From positions 1-64,000 of IMG/VR virus record IMGVR_UViG_3300005613_000011: a DNA stretch of 64,000 bases; one strand, written 5' to 3'. The notes below the pieces were generated by a model. The model searched no databases. It saw only the letters and a list, made by a program, of their open reading frames with translations, and had not been told where the DNA came from. Both the position numbers and the translations under genes were made by a program. The DNA comes from a virus. Below, piece after piece: positions 36,848 to 47,600 of the stretch (positions are counted from its first letter, which is position 1; every line of letters begins with the position of its first letter).

Positions 36848-39800
36848 ATGGCAGATTTCGATCCGACAATCAAGAAGGTTCTTCATCCCTCTGCTCATGG
36901 TGCTCGTAGATGCTGTTTAGAAACTGAAGGTAATGCATATAAGGAAGGCGAAGTCGAACCGTGGGGCGTTATACCTTTATCTGCAAAAGCTAAGGGCATA
37001 CGTTATTCTTTCTCTATTACGCCTGTAGTTAATCACAGCGATACTATTCCATATCAAAAAAGACTTGATACAACCTCTTCAAGTGAATCGTCTGAAGATG
37101 GTGGTATTTGGCCTTCTGATGTCCCTACCATACAAACAACTAATGGGTCAAGAGGATACGGTGTAGTTCCTGGTAGTTTTAGTAATGCATTTTTGCCAGC
37201 AATAACATACGAAGAAGAGGGGTCTGGAGTAACTTATACAAAGTTTGACGATCATACCGATGGAGGAGAAATATATAGTATAAGAATGTGGACAACTGAT
37301 GTTGGAGATACTTATATATCAGAGAATAAAAGAAACGAACTAACGGGGGTAGAGTCACCAGCACAAAGATATAAAATTAATTCAGAAGGTAGTCGTGAAT
37401 ATAATTGGGAGGAAAGACCGAGAGACGAAAATAAGACTACATCATATTCTGACGTATATAAAGAACAACCTAACAATATCAGGTGGTGGTTTGGGTTAGA
37501 TGGTATTGAGCCTAACAGTGGTGATAATATACTGTGGGGCGAAGTAGTACAAGGATGTCGTGATTTAGAAGAAGAGATAAATGGAGATGAATTAGAAGAC
37601 GCTACTACCGATCTTTTAATCCAGATCATTGCATCTCCCGATGTTTCTGCTGACGATATTTCAGAAGCTAACACTGAACTAGGCGATAATTTTGAAGAGA
37701 GAAAAGCGGCTATTGACAGATACATGGAGGTTATTGATAATTCTGAGTCTACACTAAAATCAACTGAAACTGTTACTGAATCTACTCCTGCGATTGGAGG
37801 TGTTGATTATTCCAGAGTTGGAATAGCGACTGTGGCCGAACAAGTCGCTACATCATTAGAAAGCTGTTTGAATATTCCCAATGCAATTATTGACAATGAT
37901 ACACAAACGACTGTAAACAATTTTATAAGGAGTATCAGAAATAAAGCCAGCAGTCTTAAAAATTCCAGAATAAAAAATAAAAAGATTTCCATTAAGCAAG
38001 ACAAGAATATTGATGGATTTTTTGTATCATATATAAACGATCATGATTATATTGCTAAAAACGCAGACGAAGACGAAGAATGTGAAGAAACTTTTGATTG
38101 GGGTTTCCGTCATCCGGTTCCTAAAGTCTTTTATGGAGACTCCGACATAGACGATTGTCCTAGACTGCAAATATCCGAGAAGAATACGAAAGGAGGCGTT
38201 CCTGTAGTTGATGAGGGTGTTGAATTGCCCCCTCAAAGGGATTTTTATTCTAAAGATGGGGAAGCAATAGAGATTTATTCTAAAGATGTTCTGGGGAACG
38301 ATTTTCAATCATATGATTTTTTGGAAGGGACCGAATATACAAGTGGTACATGGAAGATAAGAAATTGTCATTTTAAACCTAATAGTGAGAATAAAGGGCT
38401 TGTCGTAACCGAGTGGATTAAAACTACAAAAGAAGGAGATGAGCAAAAACAAGAGACTTATAGGGAAACCACTCTTATTAATAACAATACTGGAGGGGAA
38501 TCTAGAACATTTTATACGTATATAGGGAAAGACGGGAAATCTCAAAACAGTTGGCCTAAAGGAATGACTGTTTCTGACGAAGAATTTGTGGACAAAACGG
38601 CTGATGCGAAGTTCGTAATACAATTAATAAAAAGAAGAAGAGGAATTGGTTCTAGTAGTTCGTCTAGTAGCTCCAGCTCTAGTATTAGTTCTTCTAGCAG
38701 TTCGTCTATTAGTTCTTCTAGCAGTTCGTCTATTAGTTCTTCTAGCAGTTCGTCTATTAGTTCTTCTAGCAGTTCGTCTAGTATTTCTTCTAGCAGTTCG
38801 TCTAGTATTTCTTCTAGCAGTTCGTCTATTATTTCTTCTAGCAGTTCGTCTATTATTTCTTCTAGCAGTTCGTCTATTATTTCTTCTAGCAGTTCGTCTA
38901 TTAGTTCTTCTAGCAGTTCGTCTATTAGTTCTTCTAGTAGTTCGTCTAGTATTTCTTCTAGTAGTTCGTCTATTAGTTCGTCTAGCAGTTCTTCTAGCAG
39001 TTCGTCTATTAGTTCTTCTAGCAGTTCTTCTAGCAGTTTGTCTAGTAGTTCTGCTAGTTCTATGAGTTCTTCTATGAGTTCTTCTATGAGTTCTTCTAGT
39101 TCAGCTAGTCCTCCTACGTTTATTCTTGCTGCGAATAATCCTTTTTTAAGAAAAAAGATATTACATATCGATCCTTGTGATGAAAACCTTCTTATTTTCC
39201 ATACAGAAGTAACCAATCCTTACGATAAAGATTGGTTTAAGAAGTGTATTTATGGTAGAGGAAATATCTTAGATAATGATACTATTTCCAAGATGTTACT
39301 ATTAGATATCAAGGCGATAGATTGTGAAGATGCTGATGATATAAGTTTTGAAAGAGGAAAAGACGATTGTCCTTGTCCTTGTGTTACTGACAATCATGAA
39401 CAAACGGATTGGGTTTTGGATTTATATGTTTATATTGAGTCAGGAAAATATAAGTTGTTGTTTTTCAGGGGTGTTTATGAATATGACGGGATGGAAGACG
39501 TTCCCCTCGTAGAATCTGTTGTTTTTGATGATAATCTTGTTACTGAGGAAATGGCTGGTCAAGCATATGATTTTGGGGATGATTTAGAATATTTAGAAGA
39601 CGCATGTTGGGGCTACAGGTTTTTGGACGATACTTCTAAAATTTTATCGAGCGGCCATTCTGGGACATGCACACTATATCCTTGTCTTGAAAATTTTGAA
39701 GGACTAAACGTAACTAAATTTAAGGAATCTCTCAATAATGACAATCGGGACCATAATGCATTATTTGAAGATAAAAAAAATTATGCTTATTACTATTCTA

Positions 39801-42800
39801 ATGAACAAGATATTTATTATGAAAAAGAGGGGAGCTATATACGGTCAATACATAATGATTATGCAGCGAATTACCACAAAGGCGGTGCGGCTTATAATTT
39901 GTTCACTCCTCACCTGACAACGCATAACACTATGTCCTTTATCTTCTCTGAAGAACAAACAGTTAAACATTATCCGTTTACATTGACCGAAGACACTAAG
40001 AAAGTCGCTGGAGGTTTTGTCGCTAATCTAAATACTATTTACCCGGCCAACATAGAGAGAGTTGCGTTAAATCCAAGACCACCAGTAGGGAAAAAAGACG
40101 AAGCCAATATATATAAAGACACGTACAAAACAGGTCACTTTGACAGTTACTGTGCAGATTATAACGCTAACGAAAACCCTAACAAGAGGAATGGTTCGGG
40201 CATAAGCAAATATTTGTATTACAAATTTAATTATGACGAAGATGCTGTAAAGGAACTTCTAAGGAAAGATGGAGAAGATCCGCGACCAGATCCTATTAAT
40301 GAATTTAAAGGGAGTAACGATCTGACTACGAGTAAAATTCTTCTTAGTAGGGCTTTAAAAAAAGATGACACTATATATATTACTGGTAGAATTGTTAAAA
40401 AGAGGCATTTTAGACAAATAGTTCAACTCCATACCAGATGTACTAATGACAGATTGAGAATGTACAAGTTTTATGATTGGGACTCTCTAGATAACGGAGA
40501 TGAAGGATATGATTTATATAACTGTTTGAAGCCTAAGTCTGTTGTGGAAGCATTTAATTTCACAGTTTGTTGTCACGATTACAAAGACTCTGACGGTAAT
40601 ATCGAGTGGGAGGAACAGTGGAGGATATCCGAACTTTTGACAAACGCCCGCTTAATACACAGGAGATGGCTGAGGCAGCATATAGGAGACGATCCTTTAT
40701 TGAAGAAACCTATTTCTTCCGGCACTTACTATCAGCAAGGGAAAAGTGAGGATATTTGTTGGGCAGCAGACACGCAGGGGATTATTAAACTAACGTTGAA
40801 TTTTGACGGTACATTTTCGTCTACTGTTGTTTTATCTAGAAATAAAATAAAAGATTCAAAATGGTTCCAAGCATATTTGACATCACAGAATTTAGACAAG
40901 ATAAAACTCGAAGACAAGCTGAATGTTGCGATCAAGACGCTTGTCACATCGAGCACATCTGATAAGGATAGGGATTATTTTACTGATATTTTTACGAGTG
41001 GTATGCTGTTTGATATCAGCGATCATGTTAATAAAAACATAAAAGATTATGAAAAACTTCCTTACATAAGATCTTTTGCCTTGGCAATAGGACTATTACA
41101 CGATGGAGCGGAAGTTGGTGTAACGAACCTTGATCTTACGAACAAGTCAGGCTTATCAGCTAGCGTGACTCTTGATTTGTCTACTGCTCATTTTGTTCCT
41201 AGCGGGACTAGTGCTACGTTAAGGAATTCTCCCACGAATGCTGCTATCGCTGGCAGTATCGCAACTGTTCCTGAAAACGAGTCAAGCGTTGAAAAAGCAG
41301 CAAGAGAGAAGAAAGAGTCTGATATTGAGAACGCTTCTGACAGGTATGATTTTCAAAGTTATCAGTCGTATATGAGTGGCTATTTTAGAAATGCTTATGT
41401 GGATTCTATTTCTTCTGACATGGAACAGGAGATGTATAACAAGATGACAGGGACAGAAGATTGGTCTACAACGTTTGGAGCAGATCCTCCATGGTCTTCT
41501 ACTGTAACAGGAGGCAATAGTTTTTTTGGAGGTGCAGATATTCCTCCTGGCAATCATTCTATATCTGGATCTGATGAAGTTATGTATAGAGCAGTTCCTC
41601 CTTGTAGTGGTTCCAGAACTAAAGAATACACTACAATTAGACATTTAAGCGGTAGTATGTATGTCGTGGGAGGAGGGGATCATACTCTTACGATGACATC
41701 TTCTAGTGTTAAACCTTTAATAGTTGGCAATACTTTGCAGGATAATTTTACAGGTATTAAGTGGACTACTGTAAGCAATACAATCTTTTTGCCTAGATCT
41801 TCCAATTTCAGGATATATGTTGAGAGTTTTGCTATAGAAAGGGATTTCGGTCCTAACCAGGACGAGTTTGAATATGGGACAGACGGTGGGGCAGACAACG
41901 ATTCCGAAATGTTGGAATGTTGTAATGTCAGAACTTGGCTTGCTCTTGAAAATTTAAACGTGGAAATTTTATCTCCTTCACCACCATACGATATAGAGGG
42001 TGCCGGTATATATGTGGCGGAATGGCCTTATACGGATGCTATTATTTTAACTTCTCCCGATTTTGTATATAATAGTGTCAGGTATCACTATATCACGGAT
42101 AAGGAGTACCCGTCTTGGGAGACAACAGGAGTAACAAACGATGAAGCAATAAAAATATGGGAAGAGGCGATTACGGACGAATGGAAGGCGAATGAACGAG
42201 AAATAAATACTGTTCCTTTAGAATATTGGGCAATTCATTTTGAAGGAAATATTATAAATTCAGCGTGTCCTGACGTAGAGGTTTCGCAAGCATCATTCTT
42301 TGACCCGGACGATATTGTATCTGTAGAGAGTTCTACAAGTACTTCTACAAGTACTTCTACAAGTACTTCTACAAGTACTTCTACAAGTACTTCAGCAGGC
42401 GAGAAGTTTGATGTTGATAAATATGGGGTTGACACTATTAGAACAGATCAAATAGTAGGAGAAAGTTTTGCATATAAAAGAGGAAGATCTATTTGTTTTG
42501 ACAGTGGTAAGATCCAAAGATATAATTCTAGTGCTATAACATATATGGATATACCAATTATTTTTCAACTGTCATCTCGCAAAGCAGAGTTTTTATTGAA
42601 GAGCAGCAATAGTGTATTGCAGGCTAATACTGATGTGTGCGGAGATTATCCGTATGTTTATATGAAATCTTTGAATCTTAAATTTTCTCTTACTGATGCT
42701 ACTCAGTCCACGGTTATTACTTTATGTACTTTAGGACAAGGAAAAAACAGGATTTTAACTATTGTAGATGTTATAGAACTAAAGAACTATAACGGACAGA

Positions 42801-44662
42801 TTAACATAGATGCCAGGTATGCAGAGTTTGGTAAAATAATGATAATCTCTGACAATCTTCACAATTTAAATATAACGTCCGCGACAGCAAAATGTTTGTC
42901 GGAAATTAATTTTTATAGATATAAAGCATATAATTCTAATGCGTTCCAGACCGTTAAGGTGGATGGAAATACAATTATAGCAGACGATATAAAACTTGTT
43001 TGTGATAAGTTAGCAAACACCGCTGTTCAATATGATACTAAGTCGATTGTTATATATAATGATTTCTGGCCATTTGATCCTTATAAACCGAAATCTGAAT
43101 CTGCTAAAGATGGGGTAGTAACCTTTAGGTTGGCTTATGGTGCATCTGTTGTTGATGCGAAGGCAAGGTTATTTGTATTTTTCCCTGATGCCAGAAGAAA
43201 CATTTCCGCCGCAATGTCTCTTGATGGTGGTTTAACATGGTACTTGTTTGATGGGTTGATTAGACTTTTACAAAGAGAATCTGCCAGAGCACCGTTTGTT
43301 ATTTACAATAAGCGTAATGATTTAATCAGCTTGTTTTTCTTGTATGAGGAGAGATCTGGTAGTGGAGACTTGCTTGCTGTAAAACATATACCAGCATCGT
43401 TATTTAACGCTACTGATGCTTTTACCCCTTATTATCCTCCAGAAACAACCACTGGATTCGATACGGATTTGGATCATTTTAGTGGTAACGGCAAGTCTCT
43501 AAGATGTTTATTCTCGACTATTATTGAAGGTAATGTGTCCGATTCGAGTTCTGTGTATTGTTTGCAAACCAGAGAAAATGAGGAGAACCAAGGGGGGTGG
43601 GGATGGAGCAAAACTGCTTATGCTTCGCTGTCTAGAGGTTGGAACTATTACGAAGAACAACTCAAAGAAGAATATGCCACACTGCCGGAGGATATAAGCA
43701 AAGAAACGAGTTATTTCCCAAGATTCAAATTAGGAAACAGGAAACTAGAAACGAATCTCCAAAATATCAGGTTTGCTGCTTATCATGATCTAAAGGGAGT
43801 GTTAAGACTTATTGGGGTCAGCGATACTTTCGCTTCCGAATCTGAATCTCAATCTGGTGGTAGTCCTGTTATCCAAAAGGCAAATAGCACTATGTTTATA
43901 AGAAGTTGTAGAGACTATATAAACTGGGAAGAAAATATTAGCGAAATAAATTTCCACAAGAAAAAGGAATCTTATGATGTGGGAGACCCTAATTATGAAA
44001 CCGCTTATAGCTCCGAGACATTTAAAAAGTGGTACTTAATGAATGCATTTTTATGTTATGCGACAAATAAGTGGACTAGCGTCAAGGATTGCATACAGGT
44101 CTCGTCAGAAGTTTATGCTTTTTCTGATGTTGTTTGTGATGAATCGTCTCAAGGGAAATCCAATATTGTTGACATAAAAAAGGAAAACACATCTGATTTT
44201 TGTTTCGGTGACAGTAGAGCGGAAACCGATTTGGGGCCGATTGAAGTTGTTTCTAACCCGTTGACTGGAGATGTTGCTGTTTTCTTTTCTTATCAAGATA
44301 ACCTGTTTGTTAGAAGGTTGATAAACAATTTTATAGATTATTATTCGGAAGAAAATAGAGGAAAATTAAGTGCAAATAAAGAAAAGACAATAGGTGAGAC
44401 GTTTAATTTAACCAAAGACTCGCCGAATAAACCTGTATATATAGCCGGTAAAACACCAAAGAGCGTAGATACTGATTACTATACTGTTACAACCAGAGCG
44501 TCTTCAAACGCACCTAATTCTGGTGTTTTAGGTGGCCTTAAACCTGGATCCTATTTTACAAGAAAGGGATTATTAAGAGTGTTTTATTTCGACGAGTTAG
44601 CAAATATCTGGGGAGTGACTTTATCCCTGCCTGAATTCGGTATTGTTCTGGAGGAATCTTAA
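36848..44662 (+). CDS. Giant tail/baseplate-associated protein (2604 aa) with poly-Ser and Ser-Thr linkers
   Basis: Position after TMP; Asp-box-like SLDGGLTW near the C-terminus. Confidence 0.8.
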   Translation: MADFDPTIKKVLHPSAHGARRCCLETEGNAYKEGEVEPWGVIPLSAKAKGIRYSFSITPVVNHSDTIPYQKRLDTTSSSESSEDGGIWPSDVPTIQTTNGSRGYGVVPGSFSNAFLPAITYEEEGSGVTYTKFDDHTDGGEIYSIRMWTTDVGDTYISENKRNELTGVESPAQRYKINSEGSREYNWEERPRDENKTTSYSDVYKEQPNNIRWWFGLDGIEPNSGDNILWGEVVQGCRDLEEEINGDELEDATTDLLIQIIASPDVSADDISEANTELGDNFEERKAAIDRYMEVIDNSESTLKSTETVTESTPAIGGVDYSRVGIATVAEQVATSLESCLNIPNAIIDNDTQTTVNNFIRSIRNKASSLKNSRIKNKKISIKQDKNIDGFFVSYINDHDYIAKNADEDEECEETFDWGFRHPVPKVFYGDSDIDDCPRLQISEKNTKGGVPVVDEGVELPPQRDFYSKDGEAIEIYSKDVLGNDFQSYDFLEGTEYTSGTWKIRNCHFKPNSENKGLVVTEWIKTTKEGDEQKQETYRETTLINNNTGGESRTFYTYIGKDGKSQNSWPKGMTVSDEEFVDKTADAKFVIQLIKRRRGIGSSSSSSSSSSSISSSSSSSISSSSSSSISSSSSSSISSSSSSSSISSSSSSSISSSSSSIISSSSSSIISSSSSSIISSSSSSISSSSSSSISSSSSSSSISSSSSSISSSSSSSSSSSISSSSSSSSSLSSSSASSMSSSMSSSMSSSSSASPPTFILAANNPFLRKKILHIDPCDENLLIFHTEVTNPYDKDWFKKCIYGRGNILDNDTISKMLLLDIKAIDCEDADDISFERGKDDCPCPCVTDNHEQTDWVLDLYVYIESGKYKLLFFRGVYEYDGMEDVPLVESVVFDDNLVTEEMAGQAYDFGDDLEYLEDACWGYRFLDDTSKILSSGHSGTCTLYPCLENFEGLNVTKFKESLNNDNRDHNALFEDKKNYAYYYSNEQDIYYEKEGSYIRSIHNDYAANYHKGGAAYNLFTPHLTTHNTMSFIFSEEQTVKHYPFTLTEDTKKVAGGFVANLNTIYPANIERVALNPRPPVGKKDEANIYKDTYKTGHFDSYCADYNANENPNKRNGSGISKYLYYKFNYDEDAVKELLRKDGEDPRPDPINEFKGSNDLTTSKILLSRALKKDDTIYITGRIVKKRHFRQIVQLHTRCTNDRLRMYKFYDWDSLDNGDEGYDLYNCLKPKSVVEAFNFTVCCHDYKDSDGNIEWEEQWRISELLTNARLIHRRWLRQHIGDDPLLKKPISSGTYYQQGKSEDICWAADTQGIIKLTLNFDGTFSSTVVLSRNKIKDSKWFQAYLTSQNLDKIKLEDKLNVAIKTLVTSSTSDKDRDYFTDIFTSGMLFDISDHVNKNIKDYEKLPYIRSFALAIGLLHDGAEVGVTNLDLTNKSGLSASVTLDLSTAHFVPSGTSATLRNSPTNAAIAGSIATVPENESSVEKAAREKKESDIENASDRYDFQSYQSYMSGYFRNAYVDSISSDMEQEMYNKMTGTEDWSTTFGADPPWSSTVTGGNSFFGGADIPPGNHSISGSDEVMYRAVPPCSGSRTKEYTTIRHLSGSMYVVGGGDHTLTMTSSSVKPLIVGNTLQDNFTGIKWTTVSNTIFLPRSSNFRIYVESFAIERDFGPNQDEFEYGTDGGADNDSEMLECCNVRTWLALENLNVEILSPSPPYDIEGAGIYVAEWPYTDAIILTSPDFVYNSVRYHYITDKEYPSWETTGVTNDEAIKIWEEAITDEWKANEREINTVPLEYWAIHFEGNIINSACPDVEVSQASFFDPDDIVSVESSTSTSTSTSTSTSTSTSTSTSAGEKFDVDKYGVDTIRTDQIVGESFAYKRGRSICFDSGKIQRYNSSAITYMDIPIIFQLSSRKAEFLLKSSNSVLQANTDVCGDYPYVYMKSLNLKFSLTDATQSTVITLCTLGQGKNRILTIVDVIELKNYNGQINIDARYAEFGKIMIISDNLHNLNITSATAKCLSEINFYRYKAYNSNAFQTVKVDGNTIIADDIKLVCDKLANTAVQYDTKSIVIYNDFWPFDPYKPKSESAKDGVVTFRLAYGASVVDAKARLFVFFPDARRNISAAMSLDGGLTWYLFDGLIRLLQRESARAPFVIYNKRNDLISLFFLYEERSGSGDLLAVKHIPASLFNATDAFTPYYPPETTTGFDTDLDHFSGNGKSLRCLFSTIIEGNVSDSSSVYCLQTRENEENQGGWGWSKTAYASLSRGWNYYEEQLKEEYATLPEDISKETSYFPRFKLGNRKLETNLQNIRFAAYHDLKGVLRLIGVSDTFASESESQSGGSPVIQKANSTMFIRSCRDYINWEENISEINFHKKKESYDVGDPNYETAYSSETFKKWYLMNAFLCYATNKWTSVKDCIQVSSEVYAFSDVVCDESSQGKSNIVDIKKENTSDFCFGDSRAETDLGPIEVVSNPLTGDVAVFFSYQDNLFVRRLINNFIDYYSEENRGKLSANKEKTIGETFNLTKDSPNKPVYIAGKTPKSVDTDYYTVTTRASSNAPNSGVLGGLKPGSYFTRKGLLRVFYFDELANIWGVTLSLPEFGIVLEES
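38651..39103 (+). repeat. Coding minisatellite (TCTAGCAGTTCGTCTATTAGTTCT-like units) encoding ~150 aa of poly-Ser
   Basis: Directly visible. Confidence 0.95.
42329..42394 (+). repeat. 12-bp tandem repeat (TCTACAAGTACT)x5 encoding a Ser-Thr linker
   Basis: Directly visible. Confidence 0.95.
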
Positions 44663-47600
44663 TGGCTGACGACAAGTATTTACTTGGTGATGATTATATA
44701 ACTAACGACATTACTCAGATTAAACAGGTTAAGTCTACTTTTACAAAAGATGCCAATGGCAATTTGGAAACGGTAAAAAATTATAATGCTGGTCGTGTGA
44801 GACTTAAGTGTTATATAAACAGGTATTGTCCTGTTACCAAGGGAAGGCACACTAATTACGGTCTGGTTTTTAGTTCTAATACTTTGAGATCGGTCCCTGA
44901 CGAAGTGTTGAAGAACTTTAGTTTTGTACCAGGTCTTGAGGGGCTGTTTTTAAGACCAAGAGTTAATTACAGGTCTAATTTTATTGTGTATCCTGTCAAG
45001 CCTGAAATTACTGAAATCCCTATTAATCAAGCGATAGGAAAAGGGCAGGTAAACTATCAAAAAATACAAACATATACATATAGTCTTTTTCGAAACGGGT
45101 TCCCGGATTACACTGAATACCAGACATGGGTAGCTGTTCCTAGTCCTATTGATGGCAAAAAATCTCCACCTGAGTCTGATTATGTTTGCGATAACGATTG
45201 TCCTTCCGATCAAAGCAGGGCAAGGTGGATGTACACCCCATTGCCCCGCCCGACAGATTCTGACAATAACAATGAAGAGGACAAAGACAAAAGTCAAGAG
45301 CCTGATGATTCGTATGTTCTTTTCCCATCACAGATGGCAAGTGCTCCATTAATACTTGAAGAACTTATAGATCCTCCAACCAAAGAAGAACTAGAAGAAC
45401 AGCAAAAAGAATATGATAAAAAGGCAGATGATTTTTTAAAAAGTAAAGGTGGAGAAGAGTATTCTGACAGATTAGATAAATTAACAGATGAGGAAGAAGC
45501 TGAACTGGTTAAGTTTATTGAAGATAATATGTCTGTTGATCTTTTATACGATTTCTTAAAAAAAAATGGCGAAGATTTATCTACGACTCCTCAACAAATG
45601 GCTTTGTTGGATATGTATAAAGAAGCCATGACAAATAAAGGTGGTCCAATTCCTCTTGAAGCAGAAAGACAAACGAAAGAGCAATACTATAAAGAAAACG
45701 AAAGAATGGCAAAAGAATATGGCAAATGGCTTCGCTCTAACCCGAGAACTAGTTCTATATTTAATAGTGATGGAACTTTTAACCCTAGAACAGCAGAGCA
45801 AGAAAGTCTCATAATTGATTGGATGGCCAATAACTATTCGCCTGCTAATTTAAATTATGAGGTAGATAATGGTTATAATCCCGCCCCCCAGGCTTTAGCT
45901 ATTCAAAAAGCAAGGCATGAAAATAAAATTAAAGAAGCTGGTGGAGTTGCTGGTTATGCTGCGTCTTCTGGTGCTATTAACGATATAAAAAATGCTGCTA
46001 CAATGACACATGAAGATTGGGTAAAGGAACTTAAAGAAGTTAATAATAGATTTGCCAATGGAACTGCTATATTTGATTCTGCTAAACAAAAAGAAGATTA
46101 TGACAACAGGGGATCTTCTGAAGAATTAACACAAGCAGAAAAAGAAACAATCGCAGATGTTTGGGCTAATAATTATTCTAGTGGATTTTTAAACGATCTA
46201 ATAAAAAGTAAAGAAAAAGTATTAAAGGAAACAGGAGATAACAAAGATAGAATTAAACTACAACTGGGTAAAATGGCCTTAGAAAAACAGATGGAAAAAG
46301 CTAGAAAAAAGATCATAGAAGAAAAGCTAAAAAAAAGACAACCAATACACTGGAGACTAAAGAAAAAGACACCTCTGTTTAAAGGACAGGACTTCTTTTT
46401 TGAATTCAGGAAGATTTCTGTAGAAAAAGACATTAAGAACGTTGATTCTAAAGAGTTTGTTGACAAGTCATATAATTTCATGGATGTGAATTTTCAAGGG
46501 GATACTTCTCTCTCTATTACTGAGGGAAAAGTAACTGGTCATCCACCTATTAACCAATCTGTCGTTGAATATAAGAAAAAAGTTACTAAATCTGAAGACT
46601 TTGTTGGCATAGAATACGAAAAAGTGGAAGACTCTATCAAGTTTCTTGATCTTAACAGGCAACCATATCTTATTCTCGAAATGAAAGGGACTGGTGGACA
46701 TTATCTCTTTGTTTTTGCAGAGAAGTATAACCCAATATGTTTCAAGGTTGTTGATATCCCTAATGGAGAGAACGGGTCTGTAAAAGTTAGTTATTTACTT
46801 AGTACCTATAAAGATGTTGTTGGCAAACAGTTGTTCAGCGGTGATGGTTTTACAATGTCTGTAAGAAATCATCTTGGGAGAATTGTTGTTACGTTTGGTA
46901 GCCTGGAAGGCAACCCGTGGATTATAGACAATTTAGAAAAACGAACAGACACTAACGAAGATGTTATTTTCAGGACACCTGCCAATTGCGAATTATATTT
47001 ATGGGGAGGAAGTTACGCAATCGCTTTTTCTTTTGGTCCACTGCAATATAATAAATCGGCTACGATTTCATTACCACCTAACCCTAAAAAATCTACTGGT
47101 TCAGCTGATGAGGTGGATAATGACGAGCCAGGTTTTACCGTAACTGATTTAGGAATAGGTTCTCATCATATTGTTTTAAGCACATCCGATATGATTCCTC
47201 AAAAGTTTAACAAAGGGAGATATAAGAGAGTAACATATTATGTGGGAGGTTCATCAGAAACCGATGTTGGTGACGATATGTATTTACAAACAAGTAAGCA
47301 TTTTTATGGATGTGACGCTCAGGAGATACAAGAAGTTTATTTTACTAAGGGTAACACTGAGCCTCAGATATTCAAAAAAGGATTGTCTAATGCATTGGAG
47401 GGATGTAAATTTACAAACACAGACGATTATATTAAAGACTGGGAAGTTAGTACACTTATAAGTCCAAGTAAGATATATATTAATGCAGCAATAGTACCTA
47501 ACAGTCTTGGAACAACGAATTCAAACTTGGGGTTGTCTTATCAAGATCTTGAAAAAAACAATAAGAATTTAAAGACCTTTGCCACTTCTGTCGAATTATC

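Noticed and set aside
38542-39216. (LEELIDE)n and (LLAVR)n ORFs
   Set aside because: Alternative frames of the poly-Ser minisatellite inside the 2604-aa gene.
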